From the NCBI GenBank assembly GCA_030390025.1, contig CM059432.1:42596001-42660000 (forward strand): a stretch of DNA of 64,000 nucleotides. Reading direction: 5' to 3'. Numbering within the stretch: position 1 is the stretch's first letter; the number at the start of each line of letters is the position of its first letter. The position numbers and the translations under genes were made by a program. The notes under the pieces are model-generated. The model was given only the letters and a program-made list of their open reading frames with translations. It made no database searches and was not told where the DNA came from. Source of the stretch: Squalus acanthias (taxonomy: Eukaryota). Positions 1 to 13,110 of this stretch are shown here, piece by piece.

Positions 1-3000
1 TTGTCTATAGGCCCTCAAACAGTAGTTGTAATGTAGGGCAAAATATTAATCAGGAAATTAGAGGCGCTGGTAACAAGGGTAATATAGTGATCATGGGGGA
101 CTTTAATCTACATATAGACTGGGCAAACCAAATTTGCAGTAATAGTGTGGAGGACGTCACCTTAGACACTGATGCCTTATTACCTTTGTTACTCTCTCTG
201 TCTCTTCCTGACCCACTCTGCTTATTTTTACCCAAAACTCTACTCTGCTCCAGAGCCTTGACATTTCTCCCGCTGCTTTTAAATTTACTCTTTCTTGAAT
301 CCTTCCACCCCCTTCATTAGTTTAAAGCCCTGTCTACTGCCCTAGTTATTCGGATTGCCAGGACACTGGAATGTATGCAAGATAATTTTCTAGATCAGTA
401 TGTTGAGGAACCAACTAGGGAACAGGCTATTTTAGATCTAGTATTGTGCAATGAGAAAGGGTTAATTAATAACCTTGTAGTAAAGGGGCCTTTAGGGAGG
501 AGTGACCATAATATGATAGAATTTTATATTCAGTTTGAAAGTGATTTAGTTAAATCTGAAACTAGGGTCTTAAATCTAAACAAAGCAAACTACGTAGGTA
601 TGAGGGGAGAGTTGGCTATGGTAGATTGGGAAACTAAATTAAAAGGTATGATGGTAGACAAGCAATGGCTAGCATTTAAAGAATTAATACATAATTTAAA
701 ACAAATATACATTCCTTTAAGGCACAAAAACCCCACAGGAAAGTAAATGTGGGTCCCTTACAGGCTGAGACAGGAGATGTTATAATGGGGAATAAGGAAA
801 TGGCTGAGAAATTAAACAAATACTTTGGCCGCGATTTTTCCTATCAAGGCGACTTGGAGGCGGGACAGCTGCCTTCCAGGTTCCAGTCCCGCGCCCAATG
901 ACACCAGACGCACAGATGTGATTTGGCGTCAATTGGCCTTGTAAAGCCTGTCCTGCGGGCTTGCCGGCCAATTAGGAGAAAGCCGGTGTCAGATGACATC
1001 AGTTGATGACGCGTCATCTGCCGGTTTTCTTAAAGAGGCCACGCACAATTTTTTTGACAGCTGATTTTTCAGTGTTTGACAGCATTGAGGTGCTGCAAAC
1101 ACTGACAATCACTGTACAAAGGTGAGCCCTTGCGCCCAGGCTCTCCAGTGACCCCCTCCTTAGGCTAGAACAGATGGCAGCTGCAGGTGAGGTTACAGAA
1201 GCGGTGAGAGAGGTTCTCCCAATGAGGTGGGACTACACACACAATCCAAAACTTGTCACCTACAGAAAAGTGTAAATGCATTAAAAATGATTTTCCCAAC
1301 ATTTTCTTACCTCTGAAACTCACCAGTGTACCATTGGATCCTTCACACCACTTCTGCAGCTGTCATCAATGCAGAAACATTACAGTAGACCCACAGCACG
1401 CCACAATTACCTAGCGTGGTGTCCGGACATCGGGAAGCCCGCAGTAGACCTGTCAAAATTGCAAAAAGCCTTTTAACTGCCTGTTAACAACCTATTAACA
1501 AGCAGTTAAGTGCCTATAATCCTCTTCCAGCCACTAGGTGTTGGGTCCATGCGCAAATCGGGGACCCAACACCTGGGAAGATTGTTTTGAGGCGGCTTGA
1601 CAGCGGGTTTCTGACCCGCTGTCAATCTTTGCGATTTTGCCGGATGTCCCGTCTCCAAACCCACCCACTGAGCGCTGGCAAAATTCCGGCCTTTGTGTCT
1701 GCCTTCACGGAAGAAGACACAAAAACTTCCCAGAAATAGTGGAGTACCAAGGCTCTAGCGAGAATGAGGAACTGAAAGAAATTAGTAATAGTAAAAAAAA
1801 GTACTGGAGAAATTAATCGGACTGAAACCCGATAAATCCCCTGGACCTGATGGCCAAATCCTAGGGTTTTGAAAGAGGTGGCTATAGAGATAGTGGATGC
1901 ATTAGTTGTCATTTTCCAAAATTCCATCGATTCTGTAACGGTTCCTGCAGATTGGAAGGTAGCAAATTTAACCCCACTAATTAAGAAAGGAGTGAGAGAG
2001 AAAACGGGGAACTACAGCCCAGTTAGCCTGACATCAGTAGTAGGGAAAATGCTAGAATCTATTATTAAGGATGTGGTAACAGGGCACTTAGAAAATAATA
2101 ATAGAATTGGGCAGAGTCAACACGGATTTATGAAAGGGAAATCATGTTTGATGAATCTGTTAGAGTTTTTTAAGGTTGTAACTTGCAGAATAGATAAGGG
2201 GGAACCAGTGGATGTGGTGTATTTGGATTTTCAGAAGGCATTCGATAAGGTGCCACACAAGAGGTTATTAAACAAAATTAGGGCTCATGGGATTGGGGGT
2301 AATATATTAGCATGGATTGAGGATTGGTTAACAGACAGAAAACAGAGAGTAGGAATAAACGGGTAATTTTCGGGTTGGCAGGCTGTAACTAGTGGGGTAC
2401 CGCAAGGATCAGTGCTTGGGCCTCAGCTATTCACAATTTACATCAATGATTTGGATGAGGGGACCAAATGTAACATATCCAAGTTTGCTGATGATACAAA
2501 GCTGGGTGGGAATGTAAGTTGTGAGGAGGATGCAAGGAGGCTTCAAGGGGATATAGACAAGCTAAGTGAGTGGGCAAGAACATGGCAAATGGAATATAAT
2601 GTGGAGAAATGTGAAATTATCCACTTTGGTAGGAAAAATAGAAAAGCAGGGTATTTTTTAAATGGTGAGAGATTGGGAAATGTTGGTGTTCAGAGGGACC
2701 TGGGTGTCCTTGTACACGAATCACTGAAAGTTAACATGCAGGTACAGCAAGCAATTAGGAAAGCAAATGGTATGTTGGCCTTTATTACAAGAGGATTTGA
2801 GTATACGAGTAAAGACATCTTACTGCAATTATATAGGGCCCTGGTGAGACCACACCTGGAGTATTGTGTACAGTTTTGGTCTCCTTACCTAAGGAAGGAT
2901 ATACTTGCCATAGACGGAGTGCAACAAAGGTTCACCAGACTGATTCCTGGGTTGGGGGGATTATCCTATGAGGAGAGATTGAGTAGACTAGGCCTATATT

Positions 3001-3420
3001 CTCTAGAGTTTAGAAGAATGAGAGGTGATCTCATTGAAACATAGAAAATTCTTACAAGGCTTGACAGGGTAGATGCAGGGAGGATGTTTCCCCTGGTTGG
3101 GGAGTCTAGAACCAGGGGTCACAGTCTCAGAATAAGGGGTCGGCCATTTAGGACTGAGATGAGGAGAAATTTCTTCACTCAGAGGGTGGTGAATCTTTGG
3201 AATGCTCTACCCCAGAGGGCTATGGAGGCTCAGTCGTTGAGTATATTCGAGACAGAGATCGATAGATTCTGAATATTAAGGGGACCAAGGGATATGGGGA
3301 TAGTGCAGGAAAGTGGAGATGAGGTAGAAGATCAGCCATGATCTTATTGAATGGCAGAGCAGGCTTGAAGGGCCAAATGGCCTACTCCTGCTCCTATTTC
3401 TTATATTCTTATGTTTCTTA
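1..3420 (+). mobile_element. CR1 LINE ORF2 (APE endonuclease + RT) and 3' tail, degraded; interrupted by an inverted fragment (155-366) and a MITE (827-1691)
   Basis: ORFs with IMGDFN, LDLVL, SDHN (EN) and YLDFQKAFDKVPH, KFADD (RT); CR1-type 3' end GGCCTACTCCTGCTCCTATTTCTTATATTCTTATG near 3380-3420. Confidence 0.95.
827..1691. mobile_element. Non-autonomous PIF/Harbinger-type element (MITE) nested in CR1
   Basis: Imperfect TIRs GGCCGCGATTTT / AAAATTCCGGCC, 3-bp TSD TTT; CR1 sequence resumes after it (AAATAC-TTT-GTGTCTG). Confidence 0.85.
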
Positions 3421-4400
3421 TGATTGAATCTGCCTCCACCACCCTTTCAGGCAGTGCATTCCAGATCATAACCACTCATTGCATAAAAAAGTTTTTCCTC
3501 ATGCCGCCTTTGGATCTTCTGCCAATCACCTTAAATCTGTGTCTTCTGGTTCTCGATCCATCTGCTAATGGGAATGGTTTCTCTCTATCTACTCTGTCTA
3601 GACCCCTCATGATTTTGAACACCTCGATCAAATCTCCTCTCAATCTTCTCTGCTGTAAGGAGAACAACCCCAGCTTCTCCAGTGTATCCACGTAACTGAA
3701 GTCCCTCATCCCTGGAACCATTCTTGTAAGTCTTTCTGCACCCTCGCTAAAGCCTTCACATCCTTCCTAAAGTGCGGTGCCCAGAATTGGACACAATACT
3801 CCGGTTGTGGCTGAACCAGTGTTTTATAAAGGTTGATCATAACTTCCTTGCTTTTATACTCTATGCCTCTATTTATAAAGCCCAGGATCCCATATGTTTT
3901 TTTAACCACTTTCTCAACCTGCCCTGCCACTTTCAATGATTTGTATCTCTGTTCATGCACCCCCTTTAGAATTGTACCCTTTAGTTTATATTGCCTCTCC
4001 TCGTTCTTCCTACCAAAATGTATCACTTCGCACTTTTCTGCGTTAAACTTCATCTGCCACGTGTCAGCCCATTCCATCAGCCTGTCTATGTCCTCTTGAA
4101 GGCTATCACTATCCTCCTCACTGTTCACTGTACTTTCAAGTTTTGTGTCATCTGCAAATTTTGAAATTGTGCCCTGTACTCCCAAGTCCAAGTCATTAAT
4201 ATATATCAAGAAAAGCAGTGGTCTTAGTACTGACCCCTGGGGAACACTACTGTATACTTTCCTCCAGTCCGAAAAACAACCGTTCACCACTACTCTCTGT
4301 TTCCTGTCACTTAGCCAATTTCGTATCCATGCTGCCACTGTCTCTTTATTCCATGGGCTTCAAGTTTGCTGGAAAGCCTATTATGTGGCACTTTATCAAA
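3421..4400 (-). mobile_element. CR1 LINE RT fragment (second subfamily)
   Basis: ORFs 3706-4338 and 3476-3721: VPQGSVL, KFADD, YCVQFWAP, RRLRGDLIEVFK. Confidence 0.93.
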
Positions 4401-5504
4401 CGTTGCTACAAACTCTACACAGAAAAAGGTAATAGAGTAGGTGAATACATTGTCCGTTGTAAATAGGATATCCACACAAATAAAAAAGACATTTTCACCC
4501 TTAGGAAACTTGCCAAGATAAAGGTACCTCTATTTAGCTGCAAGTGGAATGATATGGCATGCCTGGAACAAACATTTTTACCTCAAATATCTGCATGCAT
4601 TTGAATGCATGTTAATCATTTGGGAATCCTGTCGCCTTTTTCACACTAGCAGAAAGCAGAGCATATTGATGTATGTCACAACTTCCAGCTACCAAGCAAA
4701 GCTTTGGATTACATGATTCACTTATCAGAAAACTTAGGACTAATGTTTCGATCAAAAGCAACTTGTAGACTGCATGCTCATTGACTCAAACATATTTTAA
4801 GAGGCAAGGCAGTCACATAAATTGCTGCTTTAAGCTCTTCAGACCTCAAGAATTTCACCAATTTGTTGATGATTACAGGAAATAGAAATATACAATAGAA
4901 GGAAGAGGTGAACAATATGAGGTCAGGCGCCCCATCTGTAGCTCCTAACCTGACTGGAAGAAATTACTCTTGAAAAAGGTGCTCAAAACTATACAGCCAG
5001 TTGCACAGGACCATGCAAAAGTCTATCATAAACCTCCAGGCTAGTGCCCATCACTGCTGTTTATTCTACTTTTGCACAATCTCTCCAATTCTCTATCATC
5101 CCAAATTTACCCTGGAATCATAAGATACCATGAATTAGCAAGTCAGTTTTGTTACAAGTTGATTGGTGCTAAACCCATCGTAATACTTGTTCAAGTTATA
5201 TTTCATAGGTGTCCCTGAGAAGCCACAAGCCACAGCCATACAAGATGGAGAGTGAGGTGTTCGTGATTCTGCATCTGCCTGCATGGTTTGCTTTCCTTTG
5301 CGCAGAAGTGCAGTTTTTCGCTTACCAGCTCATGATTCATCTGGGCTCTGAGTTACCACGGGGAGGGAGAATTGTCTTCCCACTAAATCATTTCAGTTCA
5401 ACTGATAGTTCTGTCAGCAGGTAAGGAGTTCACATCACAGCCTCTTTGTAGGCCACATTGTTGTTTTCAGCTTTTTTTAAAAACGAATCTGTAAAATTTA
5501 TTTT

Positions 5505-5760
5505 GTTGAGAAATTTCTTCACTCAGAGGGTGGTGAATCTTTGGAATTCTCTACCCCAGTAAGCTGTGGAGGCTCAGTAGTTGAGTATATTCAAGGCAGA
5601 GATCGACAGCTTTTTGAATATTAAGGGAATCAAGGGTTATGGGGATAGTGCAGGAAAGTGGAGATGAGGTAGAAGATCAGCCATGATCTTACTGAGTGGC
5701 GGAGCAGGCTCGAAGGGCCAAATGGCCTACTCCTGCTCCTATTTCTTATGTCCTTATGTT
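5505..5760 (+). mobile_element. CR1 3' tail fragment
   Basis: Near-identical to 3165-3420. Confidence 0.9.
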
Positions 5761-6204
5761 TTATTTTTTAAAGAAACATTTCCTTCCAATTATTTTTTTC
5801 CTTTTGCTTGATTCCAAAGGTGGGCCACTTACTTTTGCTTTGTCACGTAATCTTATGTCATGTAATGTTATGCTCACACCACCAACTGCAGGTGCAATCA
5901 GATTGGAATATTGCAACCTCACACTCATTTTTAAATATTTATTAGATATGTCTGTGCCTTGACATCAATGCATATAATATCTGCTTCTAATGATTGGGAT
6001 GACTATGATAGAGCTATATGGCAATGGCTGGTATTGTTTTCACTGACCACTCAATGGAATGTATTAAATGTAATGTACCCATTTACAGGCTGAAGATGTG
6101 ACTGCAGGGAGTTACTTCTTAGGATTAAAGGTGTACAGAAAGGTGTCACAGTCCTCCAGTTAGTGTAAATTTTGTATTGGCGAATGGTGGAGGAAATACA
6201 TACA

Positions 6205-6425
6205 AGTCCCACATCATCCTGACTTGTAAATATATCGCCATTCCTTCATCGTCGCTGGGTTAAAATCCTGGAACTCCCTACCTAACAGCACTGTGGGAGT
6301 ACCTTCACCACACGGACTGCAGCGGTTCAAGGTGGCTCACCACCACTTTTTCAAGGGCAACTAGGGATGGGCGATAAATGCTGGCCTTGACAGCGACGCC
6401 CAGTTCCCATGAACGAATAAAAAAA
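6205..6425 (+). mobile_element. 3' tail of the tRNA-headed LINE family
   Basis: Matches 31310-31470 (CACCACACGGACTGCAGC...AGGGATGGGC..TAAATGCTGGC..A-rich end). Confidence 0.85.
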
Positions 6426-7159
6426 TACAGATTTTTTTTCCACAAGTTGGAGATAAACCGTAGATACAGAAGTTATCAAGGTTGTGCCATAATGAAACAA
6501 AAGGCACATAGGAACAGGAGTAGGCCATTCAGCACCTCGAGCCTGTTCTGCCAATTAAATTAGATCATGACTGATCGAAAAGGCCAACTATTATTTATGA
6601 ATTTTTTAAAGATTTATTTCAGTAAATGGAGGGGATTGGTGGGGGTTATCCACACACTTTATGTAATTGGCTAATAAGTACAATTATACCAGCGTGGACT
6701 TCTCTCTTTTTCAACAGGCCACGTAACTCAAAAGGTTTATTTTTCTTCTGCATTTTTCGCTGTGTTTACCCCCTTTACACCTCCTCTTATAAAGACGCTA
6801 ACTCATGGAAATTGGTGGCAGGCCTCCATTATCTTATCTAAGTTGCTGTTCTTCATGTGTGAGTTTGAATGGTGAGTTCTGCCCAGGCTATTCAGACATG
6901 GGCAGCAAGAACAAACCTATTCTCACCCAATCTCCATATACATGCAGGACCCTATTGGGCAGGGAACAGAAAAGGAAAAATGCACAATTTTCTCCCTTCT
7001 GGCATGTATAATATAATTAGCATAACCTGCTATTTTCACCTGCTACACGTTTGCAAACACTTCTCTTTGTGAGTAAAATGCTTTTGCATATATCTTTAGC
7101 AAGCACAACTTTTCTTCCTCTCCATATGCTTTCATTTTCAGGAATATTCCTGACTTACC

Positions 7160-7256
7160 TTTATGATCTTTTTTAAAGTCATGCAACTTCTTCCGCACCT
7201 CCTGCTGTTCCTCACTACACTGGGCACTGCGTTCTCATTCTCTGTGACCTGGTTAG
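7160..7256 (-). pseudogene. Decayed Harbinger Myb/SANT-like exon relic
   Basis: Minus strand reads ..ENAVPSVVRNS / EVRKKLHDFK.. (frameshifted) then GTAAGT, resembling the end of exon 2 of the Myb gene at 21004-21263. Confidence 0.4.
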
Positions 7257-7699
7257 CTGCTTAAGAAGTGTTTAAGAATCATTATGACAGATGCACTGCA
7301 ATTGGCAGCTAATTAAATAAAATTGAATGAAATTCCATGTTTTAAAACTGTGTGTTTCCGCCAATGAAAAAATACATTTATTTCACATTTGGAAATTTGG
7401 GCTCCTCATTGCAAATAATTGATTTCCTTGTCACTGAAAACGTAGTGCATTCCTGTGTGTTGTGTGGTCTGGACCAAACACAACTACAGAATTTCAGAAA
7501 TGTAGCCCAGGTGTTATTTGTGTTTCATATCACTTGCTGTTGTACAATGATGCTATAAACACTGCTGTATAAAATTTTATCAGGAACAATAAGATGGCAA
7601 TTATGAACCGATTTATATATGTTGCTACAAATAAACAGTTTTAACAGCTACATAGAAACTGGTTATGATAAGTAATTATTTATTCATTTATTCAGGCTA

Positions 7700-8100
7700 A
7701 TTTTCCTCCTTCCCTCCTCAAGGTATGAACTTTTAGCTGGGGCACAGTCCCATGTATATTGGTCTTTCACTGCTATCGCATTCAAGTGCTCATCATTCAT
7801 GTGTGAGCTGTGACAGTGAGCGTTGGAGGCTGTTCAATCACAGAAGGCTTCAGAGCCAAGCCCGATTCTGTCATCAGCTGATGGTCACACGTGAACTTTC
7901 AGCAGGTGTCACTGGATAGTGAGCAGAAGCAGCAACCCTGCCCGATTATCCTCTCCCTCACCTGCGGTGCTGAGGCCAATTATAGTCCCTTTACTGCTGC
8001 TTCAGCTGCAATGAACTAACTCAGCAAAGATAAGCAATCAGCCTGGGAAATTCCTTGTCTATATGGCTTAGCTAGTCAATGTATAAAGTCACTGAGCTGC
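7700..8100 (-). mobile_element. Old tRNA-derived SINE-like relic
   Basis: Minus-strand head begins CAGCTCAGTG (A-box-like); highly diverged. Confidence 0.35.
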
Positions 8101-8966
8101 CAGAGGAACCAACTAGTTATTCAAGCAATAAATAAATAAATAAATGTAGTACACACTTTGGTGTCATCATTTACAGAGTTTCCTGTTTAAAGATATTATA
8201 GAGGGAGTAGAAAGTAAATAACCAGCCGACAGTGAAGCTGCATTATTATCATGCATGCACTAGAATGGAAAGCATGCCCATAAATATAATTGTTGGCACA
8301 CTCTCAGGAACAGATTAAAATGTTTAATGGATCTGCACATACTTGGGACAATTCAATTATGCACAGGTTTCCATAAGTGAATTGAAGTGGAAAAATTAAT
8401 TTTGTAGAATGCATATCTGAAATGGCACAGTGTAAAGCAAATACTGAAATATTAGAAAGATAAATTTTTACAAAGCACCTGGACAGATGGATTTCTTGAC
8501 TAATGTAAAACAGAGAAAAGTTATTTTTCAAAATTTGTTATGTAAAAGAAAATCAATTTAAAAGATTCATTTTACAGATATTTTTCCAAAAATCTATATC
8601 ACATCTCTCTGAAATGCCTCAAAGTGCTTCACAATGAGTTACTTTAACATGTAATCACTTTTGTTTTGTAGGTAAATGGTAGGTAGAGGCTAAGGAAGCT
8701 GGCACTAAAAGGGGTAATAAACTGGGAAAAGAACTGATTGCAGCATTAGCTAGTATCTGTAGCAACGCCCCTCGTTTCCTGCACTAACATTTCTGACATT
8801 ATTTCACCACCTGCTGCTCAATAATGCACAGTAAAGGAATTGTTAACAGCAGCTAATACCAATTGGTGCTGTTTTCTATTGAGTGCAATAAAATCTCTGC
8901 CGGCGCCAGGTCTTCCCAGCTGGGATTGAAGTTATTGTACCTCTGGGATACATAAACATGTTGCTA

Positions 8967-11038
8967 TGTTACGGCCCTCATCTTCACTCCCTTAAGTCCA
9001 AGGGACGCAGACTTGAACGGATATGGCGGACAACTGGTTTAGCCATTCACCACCAGATCTGGCTGGACCACATAAAGCATTATCGGGTCCTACTCTCGTC
9101 TGCCAAAACTGCTCACTATTCCGGAATCATTTGGAATGCAAAGATAAACCCCATCTCTCTACTGCTAGCCGTCTTTTAAAACCCATCTCCCCTGTCTTCT
9201 CTACCCTCACCTCTGACAACAAGTGTGAGGAGCTCATGAACTTCTTTGTCTCTAAGATTGAGACCATCCGTTCAGCTGCCTCTGCCACTTCCCTTTCTTG
9301 CCCTAGCCCACCGGGTCAAACTCTAAGGTTCCCTCCTGCCCTAGCCCCGAACTCGCATCTTTCTCCAGTTTCTCTCCGATCTCCCCTCATGACCTCTCCG
9401 TGCTCATCTTGTCCATGAGACCCACTTCCTACACCATCGACCCTATTCCCACCAAACTGCTGACCACCAAACTTCCTTTTCTGGCTCCCATGTTAGCAGA
9501 CATTGTCAATGGTTTGCTCTCCTCAGGTACTGTCTCCCTCTCCCTCAAATCTGTTGTCATCAACCCTCTTCTCAAAAAAACAACCATTGACCCTGCCATC
9601 CTTGCAAACTACCACCCCATCTCCAACCTCCCTTTCCTCTCAAAGTCCTTGAACATGTTGTCGCCTCCCAAATCCATGCCCATCTTTCCTGCAACTCCAA
9701 GTTTGAATTCCTCCAATCAGGTTTCGACCCTGCCACAGTACCAAAACGGCTCTCATCAAAGTCACAAATAACATCCTTTGTGACTGTGACAAAGGTAAAC
9801 TATCCCTCCTCGTCTTTCTCGACTTGTATGCAGCCTTTGACACGGTTGACCACTCCATCCTTCTCCAACGCCTCTTCACCGTCGCCCAGCTGGGTGGGAC
9901 TGCACTCGCCTGGTCCCATTCTTATCTATCTAATTGTAGCCAGAGAATAACCTGCAATGGCTTTTCTTCCCGCACCTGCATCATTACTTCTGGTGACCCC
10001 CAAGGGTCTATCCTTGACCCCCTCCTATTTCTCATCTACATGTTGCCCCTCAGTGACATCATCCGAAAACACAGCGTCAGTTTTCACATGTATGCTCACG
10101 ACACCCAGCTCTACCTCATCACCACTTCTCTCGACCACTCCACGGTCTCTAAATTGTCAGACTGCTTGTCCGACATCTAGTACTGGATGAGCAGAAATTT
10201 TCTCCAATTAAATATTGGGAAGATTGAAGCCGTTGTTTTCAGTCCCCGCCACAAACTCCGTTCCCTAGCCACTGGCTCCATCCCTCTCCCTAACATCTGT
10301 CTGAGGCTGAACCACACTGTTTGCAACCTTGGTGTTATATTTGACCCTGAAATGTGCTTCCAACCACATATCCGCAGCATAACAAAGACCGCCTATTTCC
10401 ACTTCCGCAACATCACCTGTCTCCGCCCTTGCCTCAGCTCATCCACTGCCGAAACCCTCATCCATGCCTTTGTTACTTCGAGACTTGACTATTCCTCCGC
10501 ACTCCTAGCTGGTCTCTCACATTCTACCCTACGTAAGCTTGAGGTCATCCAAAACTCGGCTGCCCGTGTCCTAACTTGCACCCAGTTCACCCATCACACT
10601 GTGCTCACTGACCTACATTGGCTTCTGGTTAAGCAGCGCCTCCATTTCAAAATTCTCATCCTTGTTTTCAAATTCCTCTATGGCCTCGCCCCTCCCTATC
10701 TCTGTAATCTCCTCCAGCCCTACAACCCCCACCCCCGAGATATCTGCGCTCCTCTAATTCTGCCTTCTTTAGCATTCCTGATTATAATCGCTCAACCATT
10801 GGTGGCTGTGCCTTCTGTTGCCTAGGCCCTAAGTTTTGGAATTCCCTCCCTAAACCTCTCCACCTCTCTTTCCTCCTTTAAGATGCTCCTTAAACTTGCT
10901 CTTTGACTAAGCTTTTGGTCATCTGCCCTAATTGCTCCTTATGTGGCTTGGTGTCAAATTTTTGTCTTATAATACTCCTGTGAGGCGCCTTTGGACATTT
11001 TACTACGTTGAAGGCACTATATAAATACAAGTTGTTGT
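8967..11038 (+). mobile_element. L2 LINE, 5'-truncated, with TSD
   Basis: ORFs with AAFDTVDH, PQGS, FHMYAHDTQLY, HAFVTSRLDY; tail TATATAAATACAAG(TTG)n; TSD TGTTGCTA at 8959-8966 and 11039-11046. Confidence 0.93.
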
Positions 11039-11046
11039 TGTTGCTA

Positions 11047-11934
11047 AGCATTGCAGCTGCAATATGAGCTGTCCTATGTCACTGCAGAAGTCAGAATAGG
11101 AATAGAGGTTTCAGAAATGACATGAGCATCCACACCAACAATCCTTTGGGCCTTGTGTACAGACCATGAAGTAACTACCTGTACCTAAAGAAGAAGTCCA
11201 TTGCCAGGCTAAGGTGGTCCATAGGCACATTACAGGCCTGTACGATGGGTTACAGGGACAATACTCAGTCTGCAGTAAATCCTGAAGTTGCTGTCAGTCA
11301 TTCACTGCTCCGACACAGGCTGTGCTGTGGACCCCCCCCCCCCCCCCCTCCATAGCCGACAATCAGTGAAATCAGTGGAACTAACAGAAACTTGAGCTTT
11401 TCTGCACTAATATTACTGTTAAATACCCCATTAAATGTCAAGCCCTGTTGAAATAGGTGCAACTGGGGTTTTAACAGGGTATTGATTGCTAAACAAGCAT
11501 TCTGGACCTGAAAAACTATTTTTTATATTTGTGGAATGTCAAATTTCTCCATTATGATAAAAATTACAATTTAAAAATAACAATGTTAAAAATATTTTTT
11601 GGAATGTTTGTTCATGATATTTCAGCTTCTACCTTATCCCCATGTGACAGTCCCAAGCTTTATTTCACTCTGTAACATTTTTAAAAAGTGAGGATAAAAG
11701 CTGCCTTTTATTTCCTTGTTTGCTGTCTGTGAGAATTCTTCAATGTGATTGGCTGCTTAGACCGCTTGATGATGTCACTGCTGTATTGCACTAGAAATCC
11801 CCTATTTACAGCACTACAGTCATGTCAAGAAACCTCAAGTTTTCGCCACAGAGATCGAGAGATCTCTGTGGGCAGCTTTCTTCGATGTCAGCGGCGACCG
11901 CCGTCACATCACCACTGACCACAAATTACGGCCC
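11047..11934. mobile_element. Old Harbinger-derived element remnant (may continue from ~8690 across the L2)
   Basis: Ends in AAATTACGGCCC, a Harbinger-type TIR; minus-strand SLAMDFF..GS at ~11170-11215 resembles the transposase ALNFFASGS motif. Confidence 0.45.
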
Positions 11935-12048
11935 ATTAATTCTTGTTTCCTGACCCATGATTTATACATCCTGTACGAATCCAACATTACCATAGTCTTC
12001 CAAGAGGAGGGAAGGATCAGTGGCTGGCTTCTGGGAGAAACGGACTAT

Positions 12049-12203
12049 GGGGGTGAATTGCCTTAGAGTTGCTCCTACTCTACTGCCATAATTTCATCAG
12101 AAGTGCAGCAGAAACCACTTTTACATGCGTTAATGGGGTTTCTGCCATACCTCTGGTGAATTATGGTGGCAGAGCATGAGCAGTTCCAAGGAAATTCCCA
12201 GCC
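12049..12203. repeat. Short palindromic MITE-like element
   Basis: Imperfect ~65-bp arms (GAATTGCCTTAGAGTTGCTC..GCCATAATTTCATCAGAAG..GCAGAAACC / GGTTTCTGCC..CTCTGGTGAATTATGG..GAGCAGTTCCAAGGAAATTC). Confidence 0.65.
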
Positions 12204-12299
12204 AATGTTTTGCAACCATAGCTCATGCTAATTCTGCACAACCCACACACCAGGGCTGAGATGTGTTACAATGAGTCCTGCAAGACCTTAAATGTACTT

Positions 12300-13110
12300 C
12301 TCTCAATATAATTACATCCAACCTGGACCTTGACTTTTGGCTGTTCTCCTTCTCTTCCCAGAATTTTTTTCAGCCATTCTGTGATGTCCTTCACTTTGGC
12401 ACCAAGGAGGCAACATACCGTTTGGGACAGCCGTTAATGACTGAACAAAAAGATGTTTATAATTCGACTAGAGAATCCCCCATTAAACCACTCTCCTATT
12501 GCTGTAACCTACCTGCCTCTCACACCTTTGGGTAGTCCCTTGCGCTATGTGCTGCAATGTTGCTCAGGACCACCGTCCTCTGAACTGCTGTCACTGCCTA
12601 ACCCATATTTGTCCATCGCTAGAGAGGACATTTCTCGCAGGGGTTCTTCTGCTCATCCGCCATAACTTTGATGGAAGAGCTGCAAAAACCCCAGCGTAAA
12701 CTGTATGTTTGACATTTCCAGGAACTCAGGGCTTCCCTGCGCCTGTGAGACTGCGCAGTCTTCTTCTGCTACCACTGTGGATGACCACCCACTTCCTTCT
12801 TTCAACATTATCCCTGTGTCCTGAACTGTCTAGCACTTTCTCTTGGGTGACCATATTTTGGAGAGTGGGATCCAGGAAATCCTCATACTCTCTGATGATG
12901 TGGAATGTGGCCAATTACTACACAAGCACAGATATCATCTGCTCCAGAGACTCAATTTTCTGACAAGTAGTGCAAATGTATTGTCCCTGGATACACTCAG
13001 GATGCAGGTTGGCCTATATATCATACTCCACACACATCACAAGGGTTTTGTGCACTTCTATCCATGTGTGTCTAACTTAAAACAGGTAGCTAGTGTTAGT
13101 CGAAAATCCG
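12300..13110 (-). mobile_element. Ancient CR1 ORF1 relic (zinc-finger/esterase region)
   Basis: Minus strand gives VCCLLGAKVKDITEWLKKILGREGEQP, matching VCCLPGARVKDVSERLQNILEGEGEQP at 36375-36653. Confidence 0.7.
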
